A stretch of DNA of 42,993 nucleotides from Limisphaerales bacterium (GTDB lineage Bacteria > Verrucomicrobiota > Verrucomicrobiia > Limisphaerales > SIBE01): contig JBGAIN010000058.1 in the NCBI GenBank assembly GCA_044225505.1, forward strand, positions 1 through 42,993, given 5' to 3'. The translations under genes and the position numbers were made by a program. The first letter of the stretch is position 1; every line of letters begins with the position of its first letter. The notes beneath the pieces were generated by a model. It ran no database searches. It was not told where the DNA came from and saw nothing but the letters and a program-made list of their open reading frames with translations. Shown piece by piece: positions 17,532-26,363 of this stretch.

Positions 17532-18209
17532 TCACAGCGACCATCGTGCCTCGCGTCGCAGCGACCGCCACCCTACCAGCAGCGCTCCCATTGTCATTAA
17601 TGCCGTTGTCGAAGGTTCCGGGACGTTGAACGAAATGGAGTCCAAATAGGTCGAACCAGCCTCGGTCGGCATCAGTGGACCCGTGGTCGTGAAAAGCAGG
17701 TCAACGTTTCTGCCGCTAAACGCGGAGATATCAAACGTTTGCGACTTTCCAGGGTCTTGAGAGACGGGTTGCATAATTTCTCCGTTCAAGGAGACTAGCA
17801 TTGGAAAACCCTTATAGTGGTACGTGAGACTGGACGCGTTCTCGGGAATTGCTCCTGTTTGCGCGAGCCGGAAAGGCTGCTGGTTGCCTGGAACGCCCAT
17901 TAAAAGCAAAGCAAAAGCGCCCTCGACTTCGAATCTGAAGTTTGCGCTTTGATTCGCGCTGATCAGGGTCGCAGAGCCGTGCGACAGGGAGAGCAGATTC
18001 AATCCCAAACTCTCTTCAGGAACGCCTCCTTTTGTAAAGGACCACCCAGGTAAGAGGTCACGGGCAGACCCGATCCCTTGGTCGTCTGGACCACCGTTGG
18101 CCATGACCGAGTCCGTAATTGCTGCATCGAAGCCGAGGTTGACAAACGGCGCTGCCGCTGCCGATCGGGCCGCGACCATCAAAACGAGAATCCAGCAGCT
18201 TTTCCCCAT
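17532..18209 (-). CDS. PEP-CTERM sorting-signal protein
   Basis: Signal peptide (AAA-APFVNLGFD) and C-terminal VPEPSTTALMTMGALLVGWRSLRR. Confidence 0.9.
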   Translation of the reverse strand: MGKSCWILVLMVAARSAAAAPFVNLGFDAAITDSVMANGGPDDQGIGSARDLLPGWSFTKGGVPEESLGLNLLSLSHGSATLISANQSANFRFEVEGAFALLLMGVPGNQQPFRLAQTGAIPENASSLTYHYKGFPMLVSLNGEIMQPVSQDPGKSQTFDISAFSGRNVDLLFTTTGPLMPTEAGSTYLDSISFNVPEPSTTALMTMGALLVGWRSLRREARWSL

Positions 18210-18213
18210 GAGG

Positions 18214-20841
18214 TCAATTCGCTGCGGCAAAAACGCCTTGGCTGATGTTCAAGTAAGATCCGTTTCCCGTGGTCGTCCGAAGCAGAGCCCGAACCATGTA
18301 AGTCCTTTGCGCACTGTTCGGGGAGTTGTCCGTGAAAGTAGTTCCCGCGACGGCGTTGGCCGAGATACGAGTAAAAGGCCCGGACAAGCTCGGACCTCGA
18401 TAAACATAATACTGAGCTCCGGCCTCTGAAACAGCCCACGAAAGTTGAACTTTTCCCGCCTGCGATTTGGCCGAGAACGTCGCGGGCAGAGCGAGTGGAG
18501 AGGTTCGTAACGTTGGATCTCCCATAATCGCTAGATCTCGAGACTGATCGTAGAACTGGTTCTTCGGCTCATTGACCATGCGGACTTGTGCCATTCCTAG
18601 AGGCTCTCCCAGGCCGAGCATATCCGTTCGCCAAAGCGCAAACCTCGTCCAGACGGCGGCCAACCCGTAATTGGGCGTCGCGATTAGCGCGCGCAAGTAA
18701 TTGTTGTTCGCGAGATTCCAATCTCCGAGGTAGGAAGAGAGGAGCATGTAGAAAACGGTTTTGGGTTCGTTGGCTGGTTTCGTTAAGTCAGCGGCGGTAT
18801 GTTCGAGAATCGGGATCGCATTGTTAACGCGGTCGGGGCCTCCGGCACCCGAAAGAAAGCCCCAGACGTTTGGAGCATTCCGTTGCAGCACAAAATCCCC
18901 TAGAACCAGCCGATTGGTATCAGGGCTCAACGAGAAGCTGGTATGCCTGGCATTCTCTATGATCTGATTGTCTCGACCGTCATGAAAATGTCCGTAAACC
19001 ATCGCGCGAGCCGGAGCATTTGCCGTCTGCCAATTCAAGCGTTTCAGCCGGTAAAGATGGTTCTTGTTCAAATACTGCTGGATGAGCGCGGCTTCCGATT
19101 TGGGAGCGACTCCGGGCGGCGGTGAGTCGGTGAAGACGGGCATTCGTGCAAAGTCAATCCGCCCGACGGCCAGTTTCATCGCAAATGGGCTTGGGATTCC
19201 ATCCTGGTCGAATTTCCCGTCTCCTGGGACGTTGTTCGGTTCCGTGTAATTGCAGTTAGTCAGATTCACCACGGTGTCCGTCCAAGTTCCGTCGAGATCG
19301 CCGAAGTACATGTCAGCGGGCCAAGCGCCCCGGTGGTCTGGGCCGTAAGGCGGTGGCCCACAAGTGTGGCCGTCCGGGTTGAACGAGCCGGAGTAGGGAA
19401 TTGTGACGTGTCCGATGCAAATGACAGCGCGAGTATTGGGGTCTTGAGCGTAGTCAGCACGGATCAGCGGTTTGATAACGTTCGTGAGGTTGTAGGCGTT
19501 GGTTCGAAACGAAGCGGCGCTCGAATAGTCATCAATGTGCCGTGGAACGTCGTGATGGACGACGTTCCATCCGTCGCCGACCAGGTCCTGCCGTAACTGA
19601 TCGACGCTCACGCTGACCTGAGAAGACAACGTTTTATCGACCAATAACACCACCGTGCCTCGGTTTTCTACCGCGGGCAGGTCTAACCCGACGGCGACGT
19701 GCTCCGCTGCTGAATATTGGTTCCCGTTGAAACCCACGCGGAACGCGCGGTATTCGTAACTCGAACCGAGCGCAACCGTGGAATCGGTGTAGGTATCTCC
19801 GGCAAGACCCGAAGCGAGAGTGGTCCAAGCCGTGCCCGAAATGAGCCGTCGTTGCAGTGTTACTCCGAAATTGGCGTTCGGCGATAAGCGGAATTGCAGC
19901 GTCACCTGAGGAGGGGTTGTCGTCACAATGCCACGGAGCCACGTGAAATCTGCGGTCCTCAGCCGCCAATTGCTATCGCTCGTGTCTTGAGAGGCGATGC
20001 GCCAGCTGGTATCGAATTCCTGTCGCCCAACATACCCTGTCGTGGTCACAACGCCGCCGTTGAGGAACCAGGCGACGCTCGTCCCGAGCACGGCGTGGCG
20101 CCAAAGCAGGTCGAGCTTGCCGTCGCCGTCGAGATCAGCCGTCCCGACGATCTGCCAGTCCTGGTCTGTTTCGTTCGCTTCGCTGCCATTGGCCATTTTA
20201 ATGAGATCTCCCGCGGCGAGGTCGGTCCCGTTCATGTACCAGACCGCGTTCTGGCCGGTGCTTTGATTGCGTAGGAGAATATCAGTTTTACCGTCCCGAT
20301 TGAGGTCGCCAGTGGCGACAATTCGCCAATTCGGATCGCCCGCGGATGTGATCAGAGTATACGCGATCGGAGTGGTATTATTCATTAGCCAAACGGCGTT
20401 TAGCCCTAATGTCGAATTCTGCCAGAGCAGGTCAGGTTTGCGGTCGCCATTGAAGTCCGCCACGCCGACAATTCTCCAGGACAGATCGCCCGCCGACTGG
20501 ATTAACGCCCCGGCGAACATGATCGTGCCGTTCATATACCAAACGGCATTCTGTCCGGTCGTTTCGTTCTGCCAAACAATGTCGGGTTGCCCGTCTCCAT
20601 TGAAATCGCCGGTGCCGACCGGCTTCCAGGTGGTGTCGTCACTGGTTGCAGGGAGGGTGATCTCATTCACCGTGTTTGTCCCATTCATGACCCAGACACG
20701 AGTGCCGCCGGTCACCTTGTTATGCCACAAGATATTTGGCGGGGCGACGTTGTTCGCCCCGTGAACCACGGGCACGAGTCCACTGACCAAGACACCCAAC
20801 AGCGTCGGCAACACGAGGCGAAAGTGCTTTGGAGGATTCAT
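18214..20841 (-). CDS. Secreted FG-GAP/VCBS-repeat protein with FnIII-like domains and a peptidase C25-like domain
   Basis: Signal peptide; repeats GDFNGDGQPD, ADFNGDRKPD, GDLNRDGKTD, ADLDGDGKLD; FnIII-like YTDSTV..YEYRA; C25-like ADMYFGDLDG, LAVGRID, IMGDPTL. Confidence 0.8.
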   Translation of the reverse strand: MNPPKHFRLVLPTLLGVLVSGLVPVVHGANNVAPPNILWHNKVTGGTRVWVMNGTNTVNEITLPATSDDTTWKPVGTGDFNGDGQPDIVWQNETTGQNAVWYMNGTIMFAGALIQSAGDLSWRIVGVADFNGDRKPDLLWQNSTLGLNAVWLMNNTTPIAYTLITSAGDPNWRIVATGDLNRDGKTDILLRNQSTGQNAVWYMNGTDLAAGDLIKMANGSEANETDQDWQIVGTADLDGDGKLDLLWRHAVLGTSVAWFLNGGVVTTTGYVGRQEFDTSWRIASQDTSDSNWRLRTADFTWLRGIVTTTPPQVTLQFRLSPNANFGVTLQRRLISGTAWTTLASGLAGDTYTDSTVALGSSYEYRAFRVGFNGNQYSAAEHVAVGLDLPAVENRGTVVLLVDKTLSSQVSVSVDQLRQDLVGDGWNVVHHDVPRHIDDYSSAASFRTNAYNLTNVIKPLIRADYAQDPNTRAVICIGHVTIPYSGSFNPDGHTCGPPPYGPDHRGAWPADMYFGDLDGTWTDTVVNLTNCNYTEPNNVPGDGKFDQDGIPSPFAMKLAVGRIDFARMPVFTDSPPPGVAPKSEAALIQQYLNKNHLYRLKRLNWQTANAPARAMVYGHFHDGRDNQIIENARHTSFSLSPDTNRLVLGDFVLQRNAPNVWGFLSGAGGPDRVNNAIPILEHTAADLTKPANEPKTVFYMLLSSYLGDWNLANNNYLRALIATPNYGLAAVWTRFALWRTDMLGLGEPLGMAQVRMVNEPKNQFYDQSRDLAIMGDPTLRTSPLALPATFSAKSQAGKVQLSWAVSEAGAQYYVYRGPSLSGPFTRISANAVAGTTFTDNSPNSAQRTYMVRALLRTTTGNGSYLNISQGVFAAAN

Positions 20842-20845
20842 ATCC

Positions 20846-21274
20846 TTATTCGGAGTCTGGCGTGAGGAGCTGGTCGATGCGCGGGTTCAGGATTGCTTGG
20901 GCGGCAATGGCCTCGGCGCGAGCCGCCTCTGCGGTCAGCGGCCGAAGGCGCCGAAATTCCTTCGCGGCGATGATGGCGAGCGCAGCGAAATCCTCGCGTG
21001 GACTGCGATCAGGCTCTAACTGAACCAACAAATCGTGATAAAGTTTGGGATTCTTAGCGGCGTGCCGACCAAGATCCTGTCGTTTGGCCTTTTCCGGGTC
21101 TGGATTTTCGGGAGGCGCAATATCCAAGTTAATAGGCTCGGGAACGACACCATCGTCGGGAAGCCGTTTGTTGCTAGTTTGTCCGGGAGAGGGAGAACCC
21201 GAGATCAAGAGGATGCCGATGCAACAGGCAGCCCGAAACAGCCTTACGACGTTGAATGGTGGCTTTAAGCCCAT
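20846..21274 (-). CDS. Hypothetical secreted protein
   Basis: 142-aa ORF with a hydrophobic N-terminal segment; its stop is 4 bp before the FG-GAP gene start. Confidence 0.6.
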   Translation of the reverse strand: MGLKPPFNVVRLFRAACCIGILLISGSPSPGQTSNKRLPDDGVVPEPINLDIAPPENPDPEKAKRQDLGRHAAKNPKLYHDLLVQLEPDRSPREDFAALAIIAAKEFRRLRPLTAEAARAEAIAAQAILNPRIDQLLTPDSE

Positions 21275-21567
21275 TGGGATTCACTGGTTTGTTTACACTG
21301 TGGGGCAACTCTTCTCCTCGGCCTTTTGCCCTCACACCTTTCATTCTCACCCTATCTTCGACCGATAACTGTGCGGTTAGAGCGAGCTAGGGAACTATGT
21401 TCCTACCGGAAGCCAATGGTGTTGACAAGAGGTTATCCAGGTTTATTCAGCGAACCGATTGGATGTTCGCAGCGCGCTCCTGGACCCGGGTAGCTAGACG
21501 CAGTGATCCCAGGTTTAAGAGCCGTCGAAGGAATCTCTGACCGAGGGCGCAATAAAACGTTGGACTA

Positions 21568-21641
21568 TGGCTGTCCGGCCTGGATTTGAACCAAGACAAA
21601 CGCCTCCAACGGGCGCTGTGCTACCGTTACACCACCGGACA
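21568..21641 (-). tRNA. tRNA-Gln (anticodon TTG) with encoded CCA and atypical G33
   Basis: TGTCCGG/CCGGACA acceptor stem (U1-A72), G73-CCA, D arm GTGTAACGGTAGCAC, anticodon stem GCGCC/GGCGT with loop CG-TTG-GA, T loop GGTTCAAATCC; downstream of ispE. Confidence 0.92.
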
Positions 21642-21755
21642 AGCAGCTTGAAGTTAGCTACGTTTCGACGGCCTGCAAATAAAAAATCCTCAACTTCGCA
21701 GGAATTTGCGGCCGCACGCAGGAAGAGGAAGGCTCTTGACTTGCGCACTGCGCGG

Positions 21756-22637
21756 TCAATCCAACGCGACCACCGACGTCCAGAGCTGGCCTCCGAATTT
21801 GTCGAGAAACCCCGCTCGAAGCGACTCCGCGGCGCCGGCCGATGCGGCGAGCGCAAACGTGGTGGAGCCGCTGCCCGACATCAATGTGGCGCACGCCCCC
21901 CGATCACGGAGGAACTCCTGATACATTTCCAGGATCGGATGTTTGCGTAACACAGGAGCCTCTAGGGCATTGTAGAATTGAGTGGCCGCTTGGGCTAAAG
22001 TTCCATGCTGAAGCGTGTGAACCAGCTCTGCCGCTCGCCCTCTTCGACCGTTCACTGCGTCCGGAAACGCTTGCAATGCTTGATAAGCCCAAGGCGTCGA
22101 AACGCCGAATCCAGGATGAATAAGCAAGATATGAACGCCGCGCAAAGAAGCTAAAGACCCTAACGGGGAGATCATTTCACCCCGCCCAGTTCCCAGGGCA
22201 GGACCTGACTGCAAGAAGAATGGGACGTCCGATCCCAAGGTTGCAGCCAGTCGTTCAAGGTCGGGACCCGAGACTGGGTGTCCGAAGATTTCGTTCACCG
22301 CGAGGAGCGTGGTGGCAGCGTTGCCACTTCCGCCACCCAATCCGGCCGCCAGGGGAATCCGCTTTTCCAAGTGGATCCGCACGCCTTCATGGATTTTGGC
22401 AAACTCAAAGAGTGCGAACGCAGCCCGGTGCACGAGGTTGCGTGCGTCGCAAGGCAGTTGGGTCTCACTGCACGTGAGGTCGATGCCGGGTGTTTGTTTG
22501 CGCTCGAAGCAAAGCAGATCGGAGAGGGGCACTGGCTGCATGACAGTCTCCAATTCGTGGAATCCATCCGGTCGTTTTCCCAAGATGTTGAGCAGCAAGT
22601 TGACTTTACAGAAGGATGGCCGTTCCAGGCGTTGCAT
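21756..22637 (-). CDS. ispE: 4-diphosphocytidyl-2-C-methyl-D-erythritol kinase
   Basis: KVNLLLNILGKRPDGFHEL, IPLAAGLGGGSGNAA, LGSDVPFF, LMSGSGST. ATG at 22637. Confidence 0.95.
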   Translation of the reverse strand: MQRLERPSFCKVNLLLNILGKRPDGFHELETVMQPVPLSDLLCFERKQTPGIDLTCSETQLPCDARNLVHRAAFALFEFAKIHEGVRIHLEKRIPLAAGLGGGSGNAATTLLAVNEIFGHPVSGPDLERLAATLGSDVPFFLQSGPALGTGRGEMISPLGSLASLRGVHILLIHPGFGVSTPWAYQALQAFPDAVNGRRGRAAELVHTLQHGTLAQAATQFYNALEAPVLRKHPILEMYQEFLRDRGACATLMSGSGSTTFALAASAGAAESLRAGFLDKFGGQLWTSVVALD

Positions 22638-22689
22638 AAAAAAAAAGCGCCAACAGTGCGTTGGCGCGCGGTCTAAAGTGAAGAGCGGC

Positions 22690-23121
22690 TCAGTAGTCGA
22701 AGATGCGGAAGCGGCTGCCTGGAACCATCGGGGCGACATCACCACCGCTGAAACCTAACGCCGCGTCAGGTCCGAACGTTGGGTCAGCGATCAAACGGGG
22801 CCGGTAGCTATCCGGATAGACCGGGTGCTCTGGCAGGAAAACCGGGTCATATGGCGGCAAGGGAGCCGTGACAATCTCGTAAGCGCCGACTGCGGTGCGC
22901 GCCAGACTGCGGTTAAACCCGCGGATAAATCCCGTGGTATAGGCCGCATCTGTATTCTCCCAAAGCGCAGTTTGCTCCATAGATCGGCGAATTTCACCGA
23001 GCCGGGTAAATTCTGTCGCATTGAGCATTCCGCGCCCAAGTTTGCGTTCCGGACCTGCGCATCCGGTCGCGAGCAGGGTGAGGCCAGTCAAAGTGGCCAA
23101 CAGGGAGAAGGAAATACGCAT
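22690..23121 (-). CDS. Exosortase-system-associated lipoprotein (TIGR04073-like)
   Basis: Lipobox LATG-C, PERKLGRG..N motif and RTAVGAYEIVTAPLP. Confidence 0.75.
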   Translation of the reverse strand: MRISFSLLATLTGLTLLATGCAGPERKLGRGMLNATEFTRLGEIRRSMEQTALWENTDAAYTTGFIRGFNRSLARTAVGAYEIVTAPLPPYDPVFLPEHPVYPDSYRPRLIADPTFGPDAALGFSGGDVAPMVPGSRFRIFDY

Positions 23122-23195
23122 AAGCTTGTTCTTGATAGGAAGATGACCGAGAGCCATGCCGATGTAAAGTGCGTTTTGAAATCAAACGCGTTTTT

Positions 23196-24026
23196 CTAAT
23201 TCGATTCGTTGGCCGCTAAGCCAGCTTCTGTCTCAGCACGTTTCCGTTCCTGACGTTCCCAGTACCATGCGATCCAAACGCTCGTCTCGTACAGGATGTA
23301 AAGCGGCACCGCCATGAGCACTTGAGTCACCACCTCGGGCGTGGTGAGCACGGCGCCTAAGACCAAACAAATCACAATCATGTAACGCCGCATCCCTGCG
23401 AGTTTGCGGTAGTCCAGCACCCCAAGCCGGACTAAGGTCAGCAGAACGACGGGCAGTTCAAATCCGAGCCCCATGCCCACCATAAATTTGCTGGTGAAGC
23501 TGAAATACGGCTCCGCTCGCCAGAGAACAACCTTATCTGGATTGAAAGGCTGGCCGAGCAGCCATTGGGAATACTGCACAGCGGCTTTCAGCGCCAGGGG
23601 CATAATAATAAAATAGCAGACCGACACCCCCGACATGAATAGAGCCGAACCGATGGCACATGCCCTGAAAAAGTACTTCTTCTCCTTCCGCTTTAGCGCA
23701 GGGAGAATGAACTGACCTAAATAGTAGAATATGAAAGGGGAGGCCAAAATGATGCCGCCGAAGAACCCCATGTGGATGGCGGACATGAATGGCGCCGCGG
23801 GATCCAAGTAATCGAGCTCGATCTTAACGCCGGATTTTTGGATGGGCCGGGCCAGGACCCAAGCGAGTCGATTGCCTGCGACGAGGCAAACGATCATCGC
23901 CAAAACAAGAGCGCTCAAGCTCTTGATCAGCGTCCACCGAAGATCTTCAAGATGTTCGAGGAAGGACTTAACCTCACCTCCACCATCTTCTTCTTCGGGA
24001 GGCAACTCTGCGTGCTCGTCTCCCAT
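23196..24026 (-). CDS. tatC: Twin-arginine translocase subunit TatC
   Basis: SFLEHLEDLR, FILPAL, GLGFELPV, LTTPE...LYILYE. Confidence 0.95.
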   Translation of the reverse strand: MGDEHAELPPEEEDGGGEVKSFLEHLEDLRWTLIKSLSALVLAMIVCLVAGNRLAWVLARPIQKSGVKIELDYLDPAAPFMSAIHMGFFGGIILASPFIFYYLGQFILPALKRKEKKYFFRACAIGSALFMSGVSVCYFIIMPLALKAAVQYSQWLLGQPFNPDKVVLWRAEPYFSFTSKFMVGMGLGFELPVVLLTLVRLGVLDYRKLAGMRRYMIVICLVLGAVLTTPEVVTQVLMAVPLYILYETSVWIAWYWERQERKRAETEAGLAANESN

Positions 24027-24049
24027 GATCACTGCCGGAATTCCGGCGC

Positions 24050-24337
24050 TTAAACCTTAGGCGTGGAGGAGGACGGGGATTGGATGTCCGCAGAAACGGG
24101 TTCTGACGCCGGCGGAACGGTCACTCGCTTGGGCGGCGGCGGTGGGGTTTCCGTGGTCATGGCGTTTTCAAGCTCCTCGGTAACTTCGCGAGACGCTTTC
24201 TTGAATTCCTTCATTCCTTGACCGAGGCCCTTCGCGAACTCCGGAATCTTCTTGGCGCCAAAGAGAATCAACACGGCTCCGAGAACCAGGATCAATTCTC
24301 CGCCGCCAAGTCCAAAAACTGCCAGTATCGCATTCAT
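24050..24337 (-). CDS. tatA: Twin-arginine translocase subunit TatA/E
   Basis: GLGGGELILV...LFGAKKIPEFAKGLGQGMKEFKK. Confidence 0.93.
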   Translation of the reverse strand: MNAILAVFGLGGGELILVLGAVLILFGAKKIPEFAKGLGQGMKEFKKASREVTEELENAMTTETPPPPPKRVTVPPASEPVSADIQSPSSSTPKV

Positions 24338-24531
24338 AATGTCATCCAGTCAGAAACGCATGGAAATCCTAGTCCATCTAAGGGGCTTAGTAAAGCCTCA
24401 TTACCGAAGGACCGAGAGGCGCCAAAGATCTCGCGGGCGGCTGTGCAGCCAGATCGACGGCCCCGATTGAAGCCATGGGCAGAGTCTAGGCCTCTCTGCC
24501 CAGCGAAGCTCGCGAACTAGGGTGGGCTGAG

Positions 24532-25152
24532 TTATTTCGGTCGCAGAAGAACGAATTCTCCGCGGCGGTTTTTGGCGTAGGCGTTTTCGCTGTGGCCAGG
24601 ATCAGCCGGTTTGTTTTCGCCAAAAGTGACGGTATGGATCCGCTCGCCATTGATGCCCAGCGTGATCAAGGATTCGCGAACGGACAGGGCGCGGCGTTCG
24701 CCTAACGCGTCGTTATATCCAGGAGTGCCACGCTCATCGCAATGACCTTCGATCAGGACGGCGTCATTCGATTGGCCTTTGAGATAGTCCGCAACCGCTT
24801 GGACTTTGGTCAATTCGCCAGCCTTGACGTTGTACTTATCGTATTCGAAATAAACCGTGTCCTGCCGGAAAACATCGCGGTCTTGGAGATAATTACTCAA
24901 GTCGCCAGCAGGTCGCGAGGCGAGGGGACTCGTGCCGTCCGGATTGGTCGGAATTGAACTTGAGCGTGTGTCGTTTCCTGACGGGATGGCTGGCCCGGCA
25001 TTCTCAATTCCCCCTGGGTTGTTGCCCCCTGGGGCAGTCCGGCCTGGGCCAAAAATCGGCGTCGGGCTCTTCGGCGTCTTCTTGCAGCCCGCTACCCCGA
25101 AGCATAGGGCGGTGGTCAGCAGGAAGAAGGTAGGAAAATTCACAGTTTTCAT
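24532..25152 (-). CDS. pal: Peptidoglycan-associated lipoprotein (OmpA-like domain)
   Basis: Lipobox VAG-C, VYFEYDKY, IEGHCDERGTPGYNDALGERRA, KNRR; follows tolB. Confidence 0.92.
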   Translation of the reverse strand: MKTVNFPTFFLLTTALCFGVAGCKKTPKSPTPIFGPGRTAPGGNNPGGIENAGPAIPSGNDTRSSSIPTNPDGTSPLASRPAGDLSNYLQDRDVFRQDTVYFEYDKYNVKAGELTKVQAVADYLKGQSNDAVLIEGHCDERGTPGYNDALGERRALSVRESLITLGINGERIHTVTFGENKPADPGHSENAYAKNRRGEFVLLRPK

Positions 25153-25178
25153 GGTTCGGTTTCGCACGTCAGGCAACG

Positions 25179-26363
25179 CTATTTGGCCCAGCTTGGCTGG
25201 GAGCAGCTTCCCAAATTTTGCGCGATATCTTTGAACCGTTTGGTGTTGACGTCAAGCAAAGAGAGACTCTGGCGCCCCTTGTCTCCGCGCGTGAAAATCA
25301 GCGTCCGTGAATTTGGTGACCAGGATGGATCGGAACCCGGTGTCAGGAAGATGGCTTCGCCTCCGCCCGCTGGCACGACCCACAATTCAAACCCATTTCG
25401 ACGAAGCACAGTGAAGGCAATCCATTTGCCGTCCGGCGACCAGTCCGGTTCCGTCAATGAACCGCCCGCACCCGCGACGCGCAAGCGACGTAAATTGCCG
25501 CCGTCCGGTGAGATCGTGTACAACGCCGGGGCGCCTCCCGCCCGTGAGCAGAAGCAGATCGATTTGCCATCGGGAGACCAACACGGCGAGGATTCATCCT
25601 CGCGCGTTTTGGTGAGTTGACGTGCGTTGTTGCCGTCAGCGTCCATGACGTATAGGTCGGGGCTTCCAGATTTACTGAGAATGATCGCCACATGACGTCC
25701 GTCGGGCGAAACGGCTGCGCTCGTGTTCAAGCCGGGGTGGCGGGAAACAGCGCGACGTTCTCCCGTGTTCAGGTTTTGTGAGTAGACATCCGCGAAGCCC
25801 GATTTATACGAGGTGTAGTAGAGAACGCGCTGGCCTGGCACCCAGGCGGGTGCGGCGATGAGCGCTCGGTCGCGGGTCACTGCAACGGCGTTGGCTCCGT
25901 CGTAGTCGGCCACATAAATCTCGGTGTTGCCACCGCTGTCCGATTTGAAAGCAATGCGGGTTCGGGCAATCCCGGGCAGCCCCGTGAGCTTCGTCACGAT
26001 GTCATCGGCAAAAGCGTGCGCTTGCGATCGGAGGTTCCCGCCGCTATAGCGGCGGTTGTCAAGCATGACCGTGCGCGTTCCACGTTCCACCACCTGTCCT
26101 TCCACCGCGCCGTTGCTGCTTCCGCTCACGTTGTATCGTGCGGACTCCGCGCTCACGATTTCGAATCCGACAACCTCCAGGTCGTTGCGCAAAACACTCT
26201 CCACTTCGCCGGAATATCCGGAGACAGAGATGGGAATGAGCGGTTCGGCCTCTTTCTCAATGCGGAGTTTGGGAGGAGTCTGGGCGAGACCGAGGCTAGC
26301 GCCGGCCGCGACAAGAACGAGCATCGCTAAGGCAAACGGGAATGGGGATCGGGGATGATTCAT
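25179..26363 (-). CDS. tolB: TolB-like beta-propeller (PD40 repeats)
   Basis: AHAFADDI..LTGLPGIARTRIAF, IYVADYDG, repeated WSPDG. Confidence 0.9.
   Translation of the reverse strand: MNHPRSPFPFALAMLVLVAAGASLGLAQTPPKLRIEKEAEPLIPISVSGYSGEVESVLRNDLEVVGFEIVSAESARYNVSGSSNGAVEGQVVERGTRTVMLDNRRYSGGNLRSQAHAFADDIVTKLTGLPGIARTRIAFKSDSGGNTEIYVADYDGANAVAVTRDRALIAAPAWVPGQRVLYYTSYKSGFADVYSQNLNTGERRAVSRHPGLNTSAAVSPDGRHVAIILSKSGSPDLYVMDADGNNARQLTKTREDESSPCWSPDGKSICFCSRAGGAPALYTISPDGGNLRRLRVAGAGGSLTEPDWSPDGKWIAFTVLRRNGFELWVVPAGGGEAIFLTPGSDPSWSPNSRTLIFTRGDKGRQSLSLLDVNTKRFKDIAQNLGSCSQPSWAK

Noticed and set aside
21601..21620. Reading the tRNA as tRNA-Asn(GTT)
   Set aside because: Centering GTT breaks the anticodon stem. 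U1-A72 and the ispE-linked position fit Gln.
17532..21641. Integrative element inserted at tRNA-Gln
   Set aside because: No integrase and no duplicated tRNA 3' end (att repeat) found downstream, so no mobile element is called.
24476..24502. Hairpin TGGGCAGAG...CTCTGCCCA after pal
   Set aside because: No U-tract on the coding strand, so it is not called as a terminator.
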